Assembly (NCBI GenBank): GCA_020057115.1
Contig: JAGVGJ010000010.1
Coordinates: 615 to 64,614 of the forward strand
DNA from: Candidatus Omnitrophota bacterium
GTDB lineage: Bacteria > Omnitrophota > Gorgyraeia > 2-01-FULL-45-10
DNA: 64,000 nucleotides
Direction: 5' to 3'
Shown piece after piece: positions 9,362 through 20,572 of this stretch; within the stretch, counting starts at the first letter, position 1; each line of letters starts with the position of its first letter. The notes under the pieces are model-generated. The model saw only the letters and a list, made by a program, of their open reading frames with translations. It was not told where the DNA came from and made no database searches. The position numbers and the translations under genes are program-made.

Positions 9362-9697
9362 ATGGCGAAGAGGATATTTTTCGTTGTCCTTATTTTGTTA
9401 TTGGTTGCGAGTTTTGCGGCTGACGCGTATTGCGATACGCCGATAAAGAAGATCGGAAGGGGTATCTGCAACATACTTACCTGCCCTCTTGAATTTGTAG
9501 CGCAGATAGGCCAGGTGAATAAATCAGACGGTCCCATGTCTGCCGTCACTTACGGCGTAGCCAAAGGCGTGGTGATGGTATTGGTAAGAGGCGTCGTCGG
9601 AGTCTACGAGACGGTGACGTTCCCGCTGCCTTTCCCGCCGGATTATAAACCGATATTGACAGATCCCGAATTCGTATTCGAGGACATGAGCTGGTAG
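9362..9697 (+). CDS. Putative exosortase-system-associated protein (TIGR04073-like)
   Basis: Signal peptide then KIGRGICNI...GVYETVTFP..P..Y.P..PE pattern; GGGAGG RBS. Confidence 0.75.
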   Translation: MAKRIFFVVLILLLVASFAADAYCDTPIKKIGRGICNILTCPLEFVAQIGQVNKSDGPMSAVTYGVAKGVVMVLVRGVVGVYETVTFPLPFPPDYKPILTDPEFVFEDMSW

Positions 9698-9707
9698 GAG
9701 GCCACAG

Positions 9708-10046
9708 ATGTTAAAGACGATCATTTCGATGCTGGTTGTTTTATCATTGGTATTAAGCTTTGCCGCTTTGGGTCATTGCGATACGGCGATACAGAAACTC
9801 GGAAGGGGAGCGAGCAATATCATGGCCTCTCCTTACGAAATATACCTGCAGAGCTCAAGGATGCATAAGACCGAAGGCCCTGTCAAGGCCATCGCCTTGG
9901 GCATGCCGCAGGGCATAGCTATGATGCTCGTAAGAGCGGTCGTAGGCGTCTATGAAGTATCGACGTTCCTCATACCTATACCTAAAGCTTACGGCCCGGT
10001 TCTCAAGGAAGAGCCGGAAGTGATACAGGATGCCCTTAAATGGTAG
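9708..10046 (+). CDS. Putative exosortase-system-associated protein (TIGR04073-like), tandem paralog
   Basis: KLGRGASNI...RAVVGVYEVSTF..P.P..Y.P...EPE; paralog of the preceding gene. Confidence 0.75.
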   Translation: MLKTIISMLVVLSLVLSFAALGHCDTAIQKLGRGASNIMASPYEIYLQSSRMHKTEGPVKAIALGMPQGIAMMLVRAVVGVYEVSTFLIPIPKAYGPVLKEEPEVIQDALKW

Positions 10047-10063
10047 AAGGTCGCTGACCGGAT

Positions 10064-10140
10064 CGGGAAGTAGCGCAGCTGGCTAGCGCGCTTGGTTCGG
10101 GACCAAGAGGTCGCGGGTTCAAATCCCGCCTTCCCGACCA
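10064..10140 (+). tRNA. tRNA-Pro(CGG)
   Basis: CGGGAAG/CTTCCCG acceptor stem, anticodon arm CTTGG-TTCGGGA-CCAAG, GGTTCAAATCC T-loop, encoded CCA. Confidence 0.97.
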
Positions 10141-10146
10141 TTCTAA

Positions 10147-10194
10147 ATAGGGACAGCGACTATTTTTCGCTTGAAAAATAGTCGCTGTCCCTAT
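10147..10194. repeat. Perfect 22-bp palindromic hairpin (REP-like, may act as terminator)
   Basis: ATAGGGACAGCGACTATTTTTC-GCTT-GAAAAATAGTCGCTGTCCCTAT directly after the tRNA. Confidence 0.8.
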
Positions 10195-10261
10195 CTCTTT
10201 ATAGTATAATATATGCTAATTATGATAATAGCCATCGGCGCGGTTCAAAAGACGGTAAAGG

Positions 10262-10537
10262 ATGAATAAGCGTCTGCATCTATACTGCTCGGGATCCGTT
10301 CAGGGGGTTGGTTTCAGGTACGCTGCCGAGAGGCTTGCCGAGGACCTGGGACTTGCCGGCTGGGTCAGGAATTTAACGGACGGTCGGGTCGAGGTGCTGG
10401 TTGAGGGTAAGGAGAGCGCGCTCGGGGAGTTCCTCAGTAAGATCGAAGAGATCTTTAGCGGCTATATACGCGATATCGATAAGAACTCAAGCGAAGCCAC
10501 GGGCGAGTTCGAAGGTTTTGAAGTGAGGTTTGATTGA
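10262..10537 (+). CDS. acyP: Acylphosphatase
   Basis: GSVQGVGFR, GWVRNLTDGRVEV. Confidence 0.95.
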   Translation: MNKRLHLYCSGSVQGVGFRYAAERLAEDLGLAGWVRNLTDGRVEVLVEGKESALGEFLSKIEEIFSGYIRDIDKNSSEATGEFEGFEVRFD

Positions 10538-10538
10538 T

Positions 10539-11261
10539 ATGAGATATGCCGTCATCTCCGACATACACGGCAACCTGGAGGCATTCCAGGCCGTGCTGGA
10601 AGCGATCTCGAAAGATAGGGTCGACAGGTACCTTTCTCTGGGCGATGTCGTGGGCTATGGCGCCGACCCATCGGCATGCATAAAGCTGCTTAAGACATTG
10701 TCTCCGGAAGTGCTGGTAGCAGGGAACCACGAATGGGGCGTCCTTGGGCAATTTGAGCTCGGGTATTTCAATGACGCCGCCAAGGCCGCTATCGAATGGA
10801 CGAAGACGAGGATCAGCAAGGAAGAGATCGAATATTTAAGGTCTTTCAAGCTTGCTTACGAGGGCAAGGATTTCGCGCTTGTTCACGGCTCATTGGACGC
10901 GCCGGAAGAATTCAGTTACATATTGAACGATTATGACGCCTACCACAACATGAAGTTCATGAAGCCTCCGGTATGTTTTGTGGGCCATTCTCACGTGGCG
11001 GGAATATTTTATTCCGGCACCAGGGTGAAGCTTGCGACCGGCAAGATAACGATCGAGCCTGACAGGAAATATGTGGCAAATGCGGGCAGCATAGGCCAGC
11101 CGCGCGACTCGGATCCGCTCGCCGCCTATGCGATATACGACGACAAAGAAGCTACCCTAGAGATCAAAAGGGTCTCCTACGACATAAAGAAAGCCCAGGA
11201 GAAGATACTGCAGGCGGGCCTGCCGCCGATACTTGCCTACAGGCTCGCCCAGGGACGGTAA
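10539..11261 (+). CDS. Calcineurin-like metallophosphoesterase
   Basis: SDIHGN, LGDVVGYG, GNHE, HGS, GHSH, NAGSIGQPRD. Confidence 0.92.
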   Translation: MRYAVISDIHGNLEAFQAVLEAISKDRVDRYLSLGDVVGYGADPSACIKLLKTLSPEVLVAGNHEWGVLGQFELGYFNDAAKAAIEWTKTRISKEEIEYLRSFKLAYEGKDFALVHGSLDAPEEFSYILNDYDAYHNMKFMKPPVCFVGHSHVAGIFYSGTRVKLATGKITIEPDRKYVANAGSIGQPRDSDPLAAYAIYDDKEATLEIKRVSYDIKKAQEKILQAGLPPILAYRLAQGR

Positions 11262-13271
<2,010 letters not shown>

Positions 13272-13290
13272 CCTAAACAAGGAGTTATGC

Positions 13291-13920
13291 ATGAAAAGAT
13301 TTTCGAATATTTTGATAGTAACATGCCTCGCGATAAGTCTTGCCGGCTGTAGCCCGGAATGGCAGAAGAAGTTCACGAGAAAGAAGAAGGATGTCAAGAA
13401 GAGGCCCAAGATATACCAGGAGAGAAAATATCCGAAGAAACCGAGCCCCGAAATTTACAAAAAACATTATTCATACGTAGTGACATGGATGTCCGAGCTC
13501 TTATCCGACCTCGGGGGTAATCATAAAAAGGATGTCCGGTGCATGGAAGAGATAGTCTCGAACATGAAGGACATGCAGAACGTGCTTGTCCCGGAATGGC
13601 AAGACAAGTTCCAGGTGCATATAGACAGGATAATGAAAGTCAGAGAGATAATCCTTTATGAAGACCTCTCCAAGTTCAATATCGATTACGTGAAGAGCTC
13701 CCTCGAAAGGGAGGACAGGGCGATAAAGCGCGACTTCTCTTATAAGAGAGCAAAGGACCACCTTGTGAAGACTTCCGAGGAAGAGGCGCAAGTCACGCCG
13801 ACAAGCGTAGAGGCGCCCGTATCCGCATCCGTGGTCCAGACGCCGCCGGTCGAGGAAGCTAAAGCCGCAGAAAATAGCGAGGCAAAGGATGAAGCCAAGC
13901 CGCAAGGCGCTGGTCAATAG
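13291..13920 (+). CDS. Hypothetical lipoprotein
   Basis: AGGAG RBS then MKRFSNILIVTCLAISLAGC (lipobox LAGC); helical body, low-complexity tail. Confidence 0.7.
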   Translation: MKRFSNILIVTCLAISLAGCSPEWQKKFTRKKKDVKKRPKIYQERKYPKKPSPEIYKKHYSYVVTWMSELLSDLGGNHKKDVRCMEEIVSNMKDMQNVLVPEWQDKFQVHIDRIMKVREIILYEDLSKFNIDYVKSSLEREDRAIKRDFSYKRAKDHLVKTSEEEAQVTPTSVEAPVSASVVQTPPVEEAKAAENSEAKDEAKPQGAGQ

Positions 13921-14518
13921 GTTCGTCGTAGGACCGCTCGGGGTGAACTGCTATGTCGTGGCAGACCCGGACACAAAGGATGCCTGTGTCATAGACCCTG
14001 GCGCCGACGGAGACAAGATAAAGCGCTTCATAGACAAGAACGGCCTTAAGCTTAAGTTCATAATAAACACGCACGGCCACGGCGACCATATCGCTTCAAA
14101 TAAGGAGCTGGGCGCGCCCGTATATATCCATGCCGCAGACAAGGATTGCCTGACAGATCCGAAGAAGAACATGTCTGCCGGGATATTCATGTTCGACATA
14201 GTCTCGCCCGAAGCCGCGAGGCTTTTAAAGGACGGCGAATCAATAAGCCTGGGGTCGCTTGAGATGAAGGTATTACACACGCCGGGACATACCAGGGGCT
14301 CGATATCGCTGGTTTTGGATAATGTGATATTTACCGGCGATACGTTATTTCACGGCGGGGTAGGCCGCTCGGACCTTCCCGGAGGGGATGAAGACGAGAT
14401 CTTGAGTTCTATAAGGGAGAAACTCCTTACATTCGAAGACGATATCATTGTATACCCCGGGCATGGCGGGCCGTCGACGATAGGCGAGGAGAGGAAGAAT
14501 AATCCGTTTTTAGCATAG
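13889..14518 (+). CDS. MBL-fold metallo-hydrolase (glyoxalase II-like)
   Basis: THGHGDH, HTPGHT, FTGD, PGHG, NPF. Confidence 0.93.
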   Translation: MKPSRKALVNRFVVGPLGVNCYVVADPDTKDACVIDPGADGDKIKRFIDKNGLKLKFIINTHGHGDHIASNKELGAPVYIHAADKDCLTDPKKNMSAGIFMFDIVSPEAARLLKDGESISLGSLEMKVLHTPGHTRGSISLVLDNVIFTGDTLFHGGVGRSDLPGGDEDEILSSIREKLLTFEDDIIVYPGHGGPSTIGEERKNNPFLA

Positions 14519-14546
14519 GGTCCAGGGGCCAGGGTCAAGGGTCCAG
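14517..14546 (+). repeat. Solo heptamer tandem array (AGGGTCC)n
   Basis: AGGGTCC AGGGGCC AGGGTCA AGGGTCC AG; 29/30 identical to 54693-54722 and to 60888-60917. Confidence 0.85.
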
Positions 14547-14564
14547 AGGTGCAAAATCAAGGCG

Positions 14565-15443
14565 ATGCTTGAAGAGTTCTTGAATTATATGACCGTAGAG
14601 AAGGGGCTGAGCAAGAACACGGTCGCCTCTTACCGGACGGATCTCGTCCATTTCATCGGGCATTTCGAGAAGATAGGCGTAAAGGATATCGACAGGATAA
14701 AGCGGCAGGATATAACCGATTACATGCTGGGCTTAAAAGAGAAGGGCCTGTCGAGCAACTCCATATCGCGGGCGCTTGTTGCCATAAAGATGTTCTACAG
14801 GTTCCTCGTCCAGGAGCATTTCATAAAGGATGATATCGCCGGTATCATCGAATCGCCGAAACTCATAAGGCCGCTTCCTAACGTGATGGGCATGCAGGAC
14901 GTGGAAAGGCTTCTCGACTCCCCGGATCTTCGCGACTGGATGGGCGTGCGTGATAAGGCGGCCCTCGAACTTATGTATGCGACCGGCATGCGCGTCTCGG
15001 AACTCGTCGAGCTGACCATGGAGGGGTTGAACCTGGACGTAGGTTTTATAAAATGCAGGGGCAAGGGCGACAAAGAGCGCATAGTCCCTATCGGCAAGAA
15101 GGCCAAAGAGGCCGTGATCCGCTATATGGAAAAGGTGAGGCCTAAGCTGCTCAAGAAGAGGCAGGACCCGCATCTTTTCATATCAAGGCTGGGAAAGAAG
15201 GTCTCGAGGGTATCTTTCTGGAAGATGATAAAAAGATGCTCCAAGGCGGCGCGCATAAAGAAGGATGTAACGCCTCATACCTTGAGGCACAGTTTTGCGA
15301 CCCATCTTTTGGAGCGCGGAGCGGACTTGAGGGTGGTGCAGGAGATGCTCGGGCATTCCGACATATCCACTACCCAGATATATACCCATATAAACAAAGA
15401 GAGATTAAAGTCTATACACAAACAGTTCCATCCGCGCCCTTAA
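14565..15443 (+). CDS. xerD: Site-specific tyrosine recombinase XerD
   Basis: YATGMRVSEL, GKGDKERIVP, HTLRHSFATHLL, VQEMLGH, TQIYTH, C-terminal HPR. Confidence 0.93.
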   Translation: MLEEFLNYMTVEKGLSKNTVASYRTDLVHFIGHFEKIGVKDIDRIKRQDITDYMLGLKEKGLSSNSISRALVAIKMFYRFLVQEHFIKDDIAGIIESPKLIRPLPNVMGMQDVERLLDSPDLRDWMGVRDKAALELMYATGMRVSELVELTMEGLNLDVGFIKCRGKGDKERIVPIGKKAKEAVIRYMEKVRPKLLKKRQDPHLFISRLGKKVSRVSFWKMIKRCSKAARIKKDVTPHTLRHSFATHLLERGADLRVVQEMLGHSDISTTQIYTHINKERLKSIHKQFHPRP

Positions 15444-15468
15444 AAGCGCGGTCATTAAAGGGGGCAAG

Positions 15469-16239
15469 ATGTCTTCATATTTTCGTGATCTAAAAGTTAT
15501 TTTTACGGTAGCGCTTGTAGCGTCATTACTTGCGGCATCGAGCGGTTGCGCTAAGAAGGCGAAGGTCCCCGCAGACGACGCGGTATTCAAGAAGGCCATG
15601 GAATATGCCAGGGATGGTAAAGCCGATGAAGCGATACTTGGATTCACAAAGGCTATAAAATTGAATCCGGAGAATGCCAACTCATACAATAATCGCGGCC
15701 ATATATATGCCGCAAGGGGCGAGATAGATCTTGCCATGGCCGATTACAATAAAGCGATAGAAGTAAATCCGAACCTTACCATGGCGTATTACAACCGCGG
15801 AGTATTGCGCGAAGGCAAAGGAGAGATCAAAGATGCTATTGATGATTATACGAGAGCCATCAATATGGGCATGGAACAGGCGCATCTGGTCTACAATAGC
15901 CGCGGACTTGCTTATGCAAAGAAGGGTAATTATGTCCAGTCGATATCAGATTGCACGAAGGCGATCGAATTAAATCCCGGATACCTGGAGGCCTATAATA
16001 ACAGGGGGCTTGCATATGCCGCTAAAGGGGATGTGGACCAAGCCATTTTAGATTTTAGCAAGATAATAATGTATAACCCGAATATCCCGCTTGCATATTT
16101 CAACCGGGCGGTGGCTTATTATAAGAAGGGGAACTACGATAAGAGCTGGGAGGATGTTTATAAAGCCCAGGCTATGGGGATGAAACCGGATCCGAGATTC
16201 CTGGATGCCCTGCAGAATGATTCCGGAAGGCGAAGGTAG
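15469..16239 (+). CDS. TPR-repeat lipoprotein
   Basis: Lipobox SSGC; repeated AYNNRG..Y...G....AI.DY.KAIELNP. Confidence 0.88.
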   Translation: MSSYFRDLKVIFTVALVASLLAASSGCAKKAKVPADDAVFKKAMEYARDGKADEAILGFTKAIKLNPENANSYNNRGHIYAARGEIDLAMADYNKAIEVNPNLTMAYYNRGVLREGKGEIKDAIDDYTRAINMGMEQAHLVYNSRGLAYAKKGNYVQSISDCTKAIELNPGYLEAYNNRGLAYAAKGDVDQAILDFSKIIMYNPNIPLAYFNRAVAYYKKGNYDKSWEDVYKAQAMGMKPDPRFLDALQNDSGRRR

Positions 16240-18843
16240 ATGGACCTGATAACTACGCATGTAAATGCCGATTTCGACGCGCTTGGATCGCTTGTAGCGG
16301 CGAAGAAGCTCTATCCTGAATCGCGGCTTCTCTTGCCCGGCTCGCAGGAACAGGCGGTGAGGGAGTTTTTGTCGCTGGCAAAAGAGGCGATAATCGTTGA
16401 GTCGGAGAAGGAGTGCAGCCTCGACGGCATTGACAGGCTGATACTCGTCGATACGCGCCAGCCTTCCAGGATAGGGATAGCTGCAAAGCTGCTCGACAAG
16501 GGCGTTGAGGTCCATGTATATGACCACCATCCTCCGATGAAGGGCGATGTGGTCGCGGATAAGGATACTTCCGAAGAGGTCGGCTCGACCATCACCATAC
16601 TGGCCGACATGATAAAACGAAAGCATATCAAGCTCTCTTACCTTGAGGCCACGATAATGCTTCTCGGCATATACGAAGAGACCGGATCTTTGACATACAG
16701 GACGACGACGAACCTCGACGTTGACATGGTAAGCTTTCTCCTCTCGCAGGGGGCCAGCCTGTCCATGGTCTCAAGCTATATCAACAGGGAATTGACCGAA
16801 GCGGAGCTGTCGCTCCTCACCAGGCTCATCAATTCGACCGAGAGGGTGACCGTTAACGGCATCCACGTATCGATGATAGAGTTGTCCGGCGGGGATTACG
16901 TGGGCGAGCTCGGGATGCTGATACACAAACTTCTCGATGTGGAGAATATACCGGTATTATTCGTCCTTTTGGACAATTCCGGGCATGGCAGGGTCGACAT
17001 AATAGCGCGCTCCAAAATCCCGTCGGTAGATGTGAACAGGGTCCTGGCCTCTTTCGGCGGAGGAGGCCATCCGAGCGCTGCTGCAGCGAAGGTCCGCTCG
17101 CATGACGCCGGCGCCGTAAAAGAGAAGCTCATAAAAGTATTGAAGAGAAATATAAAACTCAAGATATGCGCGCTGGATATCATGTCCCGCGAAACGGAGA
17201 GCGTAAGGCCCGCCAGCAGGGTGGATGACACCAAACAGGCGCTTCTAAAAGCTCGCACGAGCGGCCTGCCTGTGGTGGATCGCGGCAGGATAGCCGGCAT
17301 CATCACTTTCGGGATGCTGAACAAGGCGATAAGGCGCGGCTACGGCCATTCAAAGGTGAAGGGCTACATGTCGAGTTCCTTCGTTACCGTAAAGCCCGAG
17401 ACCCCGCTTCATGAGATACACAGGATAATGCTGAAAGATAATATCGGGATACTGCCTGTCGTGAAATACGGGAAAATGGTGGGCATTATCAACAGGACCG
17501 ATGTCCTGCGCAGCGTCCACGCGTCACTCTATTCCGGCCCTAAAGTGGTAGAGAAGAAGGTGGTGGTGAACCTTGCCAAGAAGATGGACCAGTGTTTTCC
17601 CAAAAAGGTCACAACGGTTTTAAAACATATCGGAAGGCTCGCCAACTCGTTCGGATATACGGCATTCGTCGTAGGAGGGCTTGTGAGGGACCTTCTCCTG
17701 GGATGTAAGAACCTGGACCTCGATATCGTGATAGAACCGAATGCCATGGATTTCGGAAGGATACTCTCAAAAGATCTCGGAGGGACGCTCGTCGTGCATA
17801 AGAAGTTCGGCACATGCACGGTCTTCATGAAGAACGGAATGAAGATAGACCTTGCCACTGCGCGCAAAGAGACATATGAAAAGCCGGCAGCCCTTCCCAC
17901 GGTCGAATTTAGCTCTTTGAAAAATGACCTTATCCGCCGGGACTTTACGATAAATGCCATGGCCGCAAGCCTCAATAAGGAAAATTTCGGCCAGCTGATA
18001 GACTTCTTCGGAGGCGAGGCTGACCTGGCCCGCGGCAGGATAAGGGCGCTCCACGACAAGAGCTTTATAGATGACCCTACCAGGATATTCAGGGCCGTCC
18101 GTTTCGAGCAGCGCCTCGGGTTCGCCGTCGAAAAACACACCGAAGAGCTTATACTTGGGGCCGTAGAGAAGGAGATGATAGAAAAAGTCCAGCCCCAGCG
18201 CATAAGAGATGAGATAATGTTGATACTCCAGGAGGAAGGCGCGCTAAAAGCCCTTAAGAGGATGGCGGAACTGCACGAGCTTAAATTCATACACCATGAT
18301 CTTAAGCTGGATAGGAAGATGGTAGAGCTCTACGGCTCAATAGACATGACCTGCCGTGGGTACGGATCGCTTCCCGGTAAGGGGCCGGCTGAAAGATGGC
18401 TCATATACCTTATGGCGCTCCTGGAACAGCTGAGCCATAAAGAGATAGCCTCGATATGCCGCGAGTTCGTATTCCGGAAATCCGACACGATGCGGATACT
18501 CTCTTACAAGAGATACGGGAAGGCGGCCGCCCGGGCGCTGGCAGGGAATGCGAGGATGCGCCCGAGCGAGGTCTATAAGATACTGAACAAATTATCCGAC
18601 GAGGCGATGATGCTTCTTCTCGCCTCCGCTACCTCAAAACTTGCAAAGGCCAGGATAAAAGATTTCATCGGGAAGCACAGCCTTGTGCGGATAGCCGTAA
18701 AAGGCGATGATATAAAAGCGCTGGGACTGAAGCCCGGGCCGAAGTTCAAGAAGATATTGGACAAGGTATTGCATAAAAAGATAGATGGAGAGCTCAGGAC
18801 CAGGACGGACGAGCTCAAATTCATAAAGACGGAGATATCATGA
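16240..18843 (+). CDS. tRNA nucleotidyltransferase with N-terminal DHH/DHHA1 and CBS domains
   Basis: DFDA, DHH, GGGGH, CBS pair, VGGLVRD, DLD, RRDFTINA, DDPTRIFR. Confidence 0.92.
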   Translation: MDLITTHVNADFDALGSLVAAKKLYPESRLLLPGSQEQAVREFLSLAKEAIIVESEKECSLDGIDRLILVDTRQPSRIGIAAKLLDKGVEVHVYDHHPPMKGDVVADKDTSEEVGSTITILADMIKRKHIKLSYLEATIMLLGIYEETGSLTYRTTTNLDVDMVSFLLSQGASLSMVSSYINRELTEAELSLLTRLINSTERVTVNGIHVSMIELSGGDYVGELGMLIHKLLDVENIPVLFVLLDNSGHGRVDIIARSKIPSVDVNRVLASFGGGGHPSAAAAKVRSHDAGAVKEKLIKVLKRNIKLKICALDIMSRETESVRPASRVDDTKQALLKARTSGLPVVDRGRIAGIITFGMLNKAIRRGYGHSKVKGYMSSSFVTVKPETPLHEIHRIMLKDNIGILPVVKYGKMVGIINRTDVLRSVHASLYSGPKVVEKKVVVNLAKKMDQCFPKKVTTVLKHIGRLANSFGYTAFVVGGLVRDLLLGCKNLDLDIVIEPNAMDFGRILSKDLGGTLVVHKKFGTCTVFMKNGMKIDLATARKETYEKPAALPTVEFSSLKNDLIRRDFTINAMAASLNKENFGQLIDFFGGEADLARGRIRALHDKSFIDDPTRIFRAVRFEQRLGFAVEKHTEELILGAVEKEMIEKVQPQRIRDEIMLILQEEGALKALKRMAELHELKFIHHDLKLDRKMVELYGSIDMTCRGYGSLPGKGPAERWLIYLMALLEQLSHKEIASICREFVFRKSDTMRILSYKRYGKAAARALAGNARMRPSEVYKILNKLSDEAMMLLLASATSKLAKARIKDFIGKHSLVRIAVKGDDIKALGLKPGPKFKKILDKVLHKKIDGELRTRTDELKFIKTEIS

Positions 18844-19226
18844 CGACACAGAGGCCGGAGAGGGTCCAGGAAGCGATAAGGGAAGAGGTGGCAAAGATAG
18901 TCCAGCAGGAAATAAAAGATCCGAGGATAGGATTCATTACTATAACAAAAGTCGAGCTTACCAGGGACCTAAGGTTTGCCAGGATATATTTCAGCATCCT
19001 GGGAGATCCCAAGGACAAGCATAAGGCGCTAAAGGGGCTCAATAACGCGAAGGGCTATATCAAGGGGCGTCTGGCCGATAAGGTCAAACTAAGGTTCATG
19101 CCTGACATAGCCTTTAAGATAGACGACTCTTTTGAATATACGAAACATATATATGACCTGCTGGACAAGCTGAAGAAGGAGAGGAAAGAAGATGGACCAG
19201 ATAATCAAGACGATAAGGGCGAATAA
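18840..19226 (+). CDS. rbfA: Ribosome-binding factor A
   Basis: RPERVQEAI, KDPRIG, TRDLRFA, LRFMPDI.F..D. Confidence 0.95.
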   Translation: MTTQRPERVQEAIREEVAKIVQQEIKDPRIGFITITKVELTRDLRFARIYFSILGDPKDKHKALKGLNNAKGYIKGRLADKVKLRFMPDIAFKIDDSFEYTKHIYDLLDKLKKERKEDGPDNQDDKGE

Positions 19227-20154
19227 TCGTTTTCTCATAACGGCGCATGTCAATCTCGAGGGAGATTCTCTCGGAAGCCAGCTTGCCATGAAGGAGCTCC
19301 TGGACGCTCTCGGCAAGGAGGCGTTCATATATGACGCCGACCAGGTCCCGGAGCATCTAAGGTTCCTTCCGAAAGCGGACCGGGTCCTGAACAAGATAAC
19401 ATCCGCGGACAAGTTCGACGTGGCGCTCGTTCTCGACTGCCCGACCTTAAAAAGGGTCGGGAAGGTCGCAGACTCCATAAAGGACAAATTCATTGTCAAC
19501 ATAGACCACCACATATCGAACGAGAAGTTCGGCAGGATAAACTGGGTCGACGCCAAGGCGAGCTCGGCAGGCGAGATGGTCTACAGGCTCTTCAAGGATA
19601 TGGATGTCGAGCTTACGAAAGAGGCGGCCCTCTGCCTTTATATAGCCATCCTGACAGATACCGGCTCATTCAATTATGATAATACGTCTAAGGTCACTCA
19701 CGAAATAGCCGGAGAGCTTTTGGGATATGGGTTGGACCCGGCCGAGGTTTCGGAGAACGTATACGAGCGCAGGGACATAGCCGACATAAAACTGCTCGGC
19801 CGCGTCCTTTCTACGGTAAAAGTGGACAAGACCGGGGACATAGCATATATGGAGCTTACGAAGAAGATGCTTGAAGAGACAGGCGCCGATATCTCGAAGT
19901 CCGAAGGCCTTGTGAATTATGCCAGGTCCATAGACAAGGTCATGGTGGCGATGTTATTCCGGGAGGACCCGAAGTATCCGGGCAAGATCCATGTCAGCTT
20001 CCGGGCCAAGGCAGATGCCGACGTGAACAAGATAGCCTCATCCTTCGGAGGCGGCGGCCACACGAAGGCCTCCGGCTGCGTTATAGACGGAACTCTTGCG
20101 GAAGTTGAGAATAAGGTGATCGCGAAAGTTGAGGAGATGCTCCATAAAGATTAA
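19192..20154 (+). CDS. nrnA: DHH-family phosphoesterase / oligoribonuclease NrnA
   Basis: GDSLGS, NIDHH, TDTGSF, GGGGH; follows rbfA. Confidence 0.88.
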   Translation: MDQIIKTIRANNRFLITAHVNLEGDSLGSQLAMKELLDALGKEAFIYDADQVPEHLRFLPKADRVLNKITSADKFDVALVLDCPTLKRVGKVADSIKDKFIVNIDHHISNEKFGRINWVDAKASSAGEMVYRLFKDMDVELTKEAALCLYIAILTDTGSFNYDNTSKVTHEIAGELLGYGLDPAEVSENVYERRDIADIKLLGRVLSTVKVDKTGDIAYMELTKKMLEETGADISKSEGLVNYARSIDKVMVAMLFREDPKYPGKIHVSFRAKADADVNKIASSFGGGGHTKASGCVIDGTLAEVENKVIAKVEEMLHKD

Positions 20155-20175
20155 GAAGAAGGCGCAGGTGAGGGC

Positions 20176-20553
20176 ATGATAAGAAAACTTCTTGTCGTAG
20201 ATGATGAACGCGATTTCGTCAAGTTCCTGAAGCTAAACCTCGAAGAAGCAGGATATGAAGTAGCCGCAGCCTATGACGGCGAGGAGGGGCTCGAGAAAGT
20301 CCTTAAAGAGAAGCCGGACCTGATGATCCTTGATATCACGCTGCCGAAGATGGACGGGTATCAGGTCTTAAGGCGCTTTAGGAGCGAAGAGAAGTACAGA
20401 GACTATAAAGATATGCCGGTCATAATGCTTACCAGTCATCATGATGCCAAAGACATAATGATGGGCATGGACATGGGCGCCGTATCATACATAGCAAAGC
20501 CGTTCCATGTGAGCGCGCTCTTGGGGATAATAGACGGTATAATCGGAAAGTAG
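20176..20553 (+). CDS. Single-domain response regulator
   Basis: LVVDD, LDITLPKMDG, IMLT, YIAKPF. Confidence 0.93.
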   Translation: MIRKLLVVDDERDFVKFLKLNLEEAGYEVAAAYDGEEGLEKVLKEKPDLMILDITLPKMDGYQVLRRFRSEEKYRDYKDMPVIMLTSHHDAKDIMMGMDMGAVSYIAKPFHVSALLGIIDGIIGK

Positions 20554-20572
20554 ACGGCTGGAGGCAGAGGGC

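Noticed and set aside
14565-15443. Phage or island integrase
   Set aside because: Size, motifs and C-terminal HPR fit chromosomal XerD; no phage genes or att duplication of the tRNA-Pro 3' end seen
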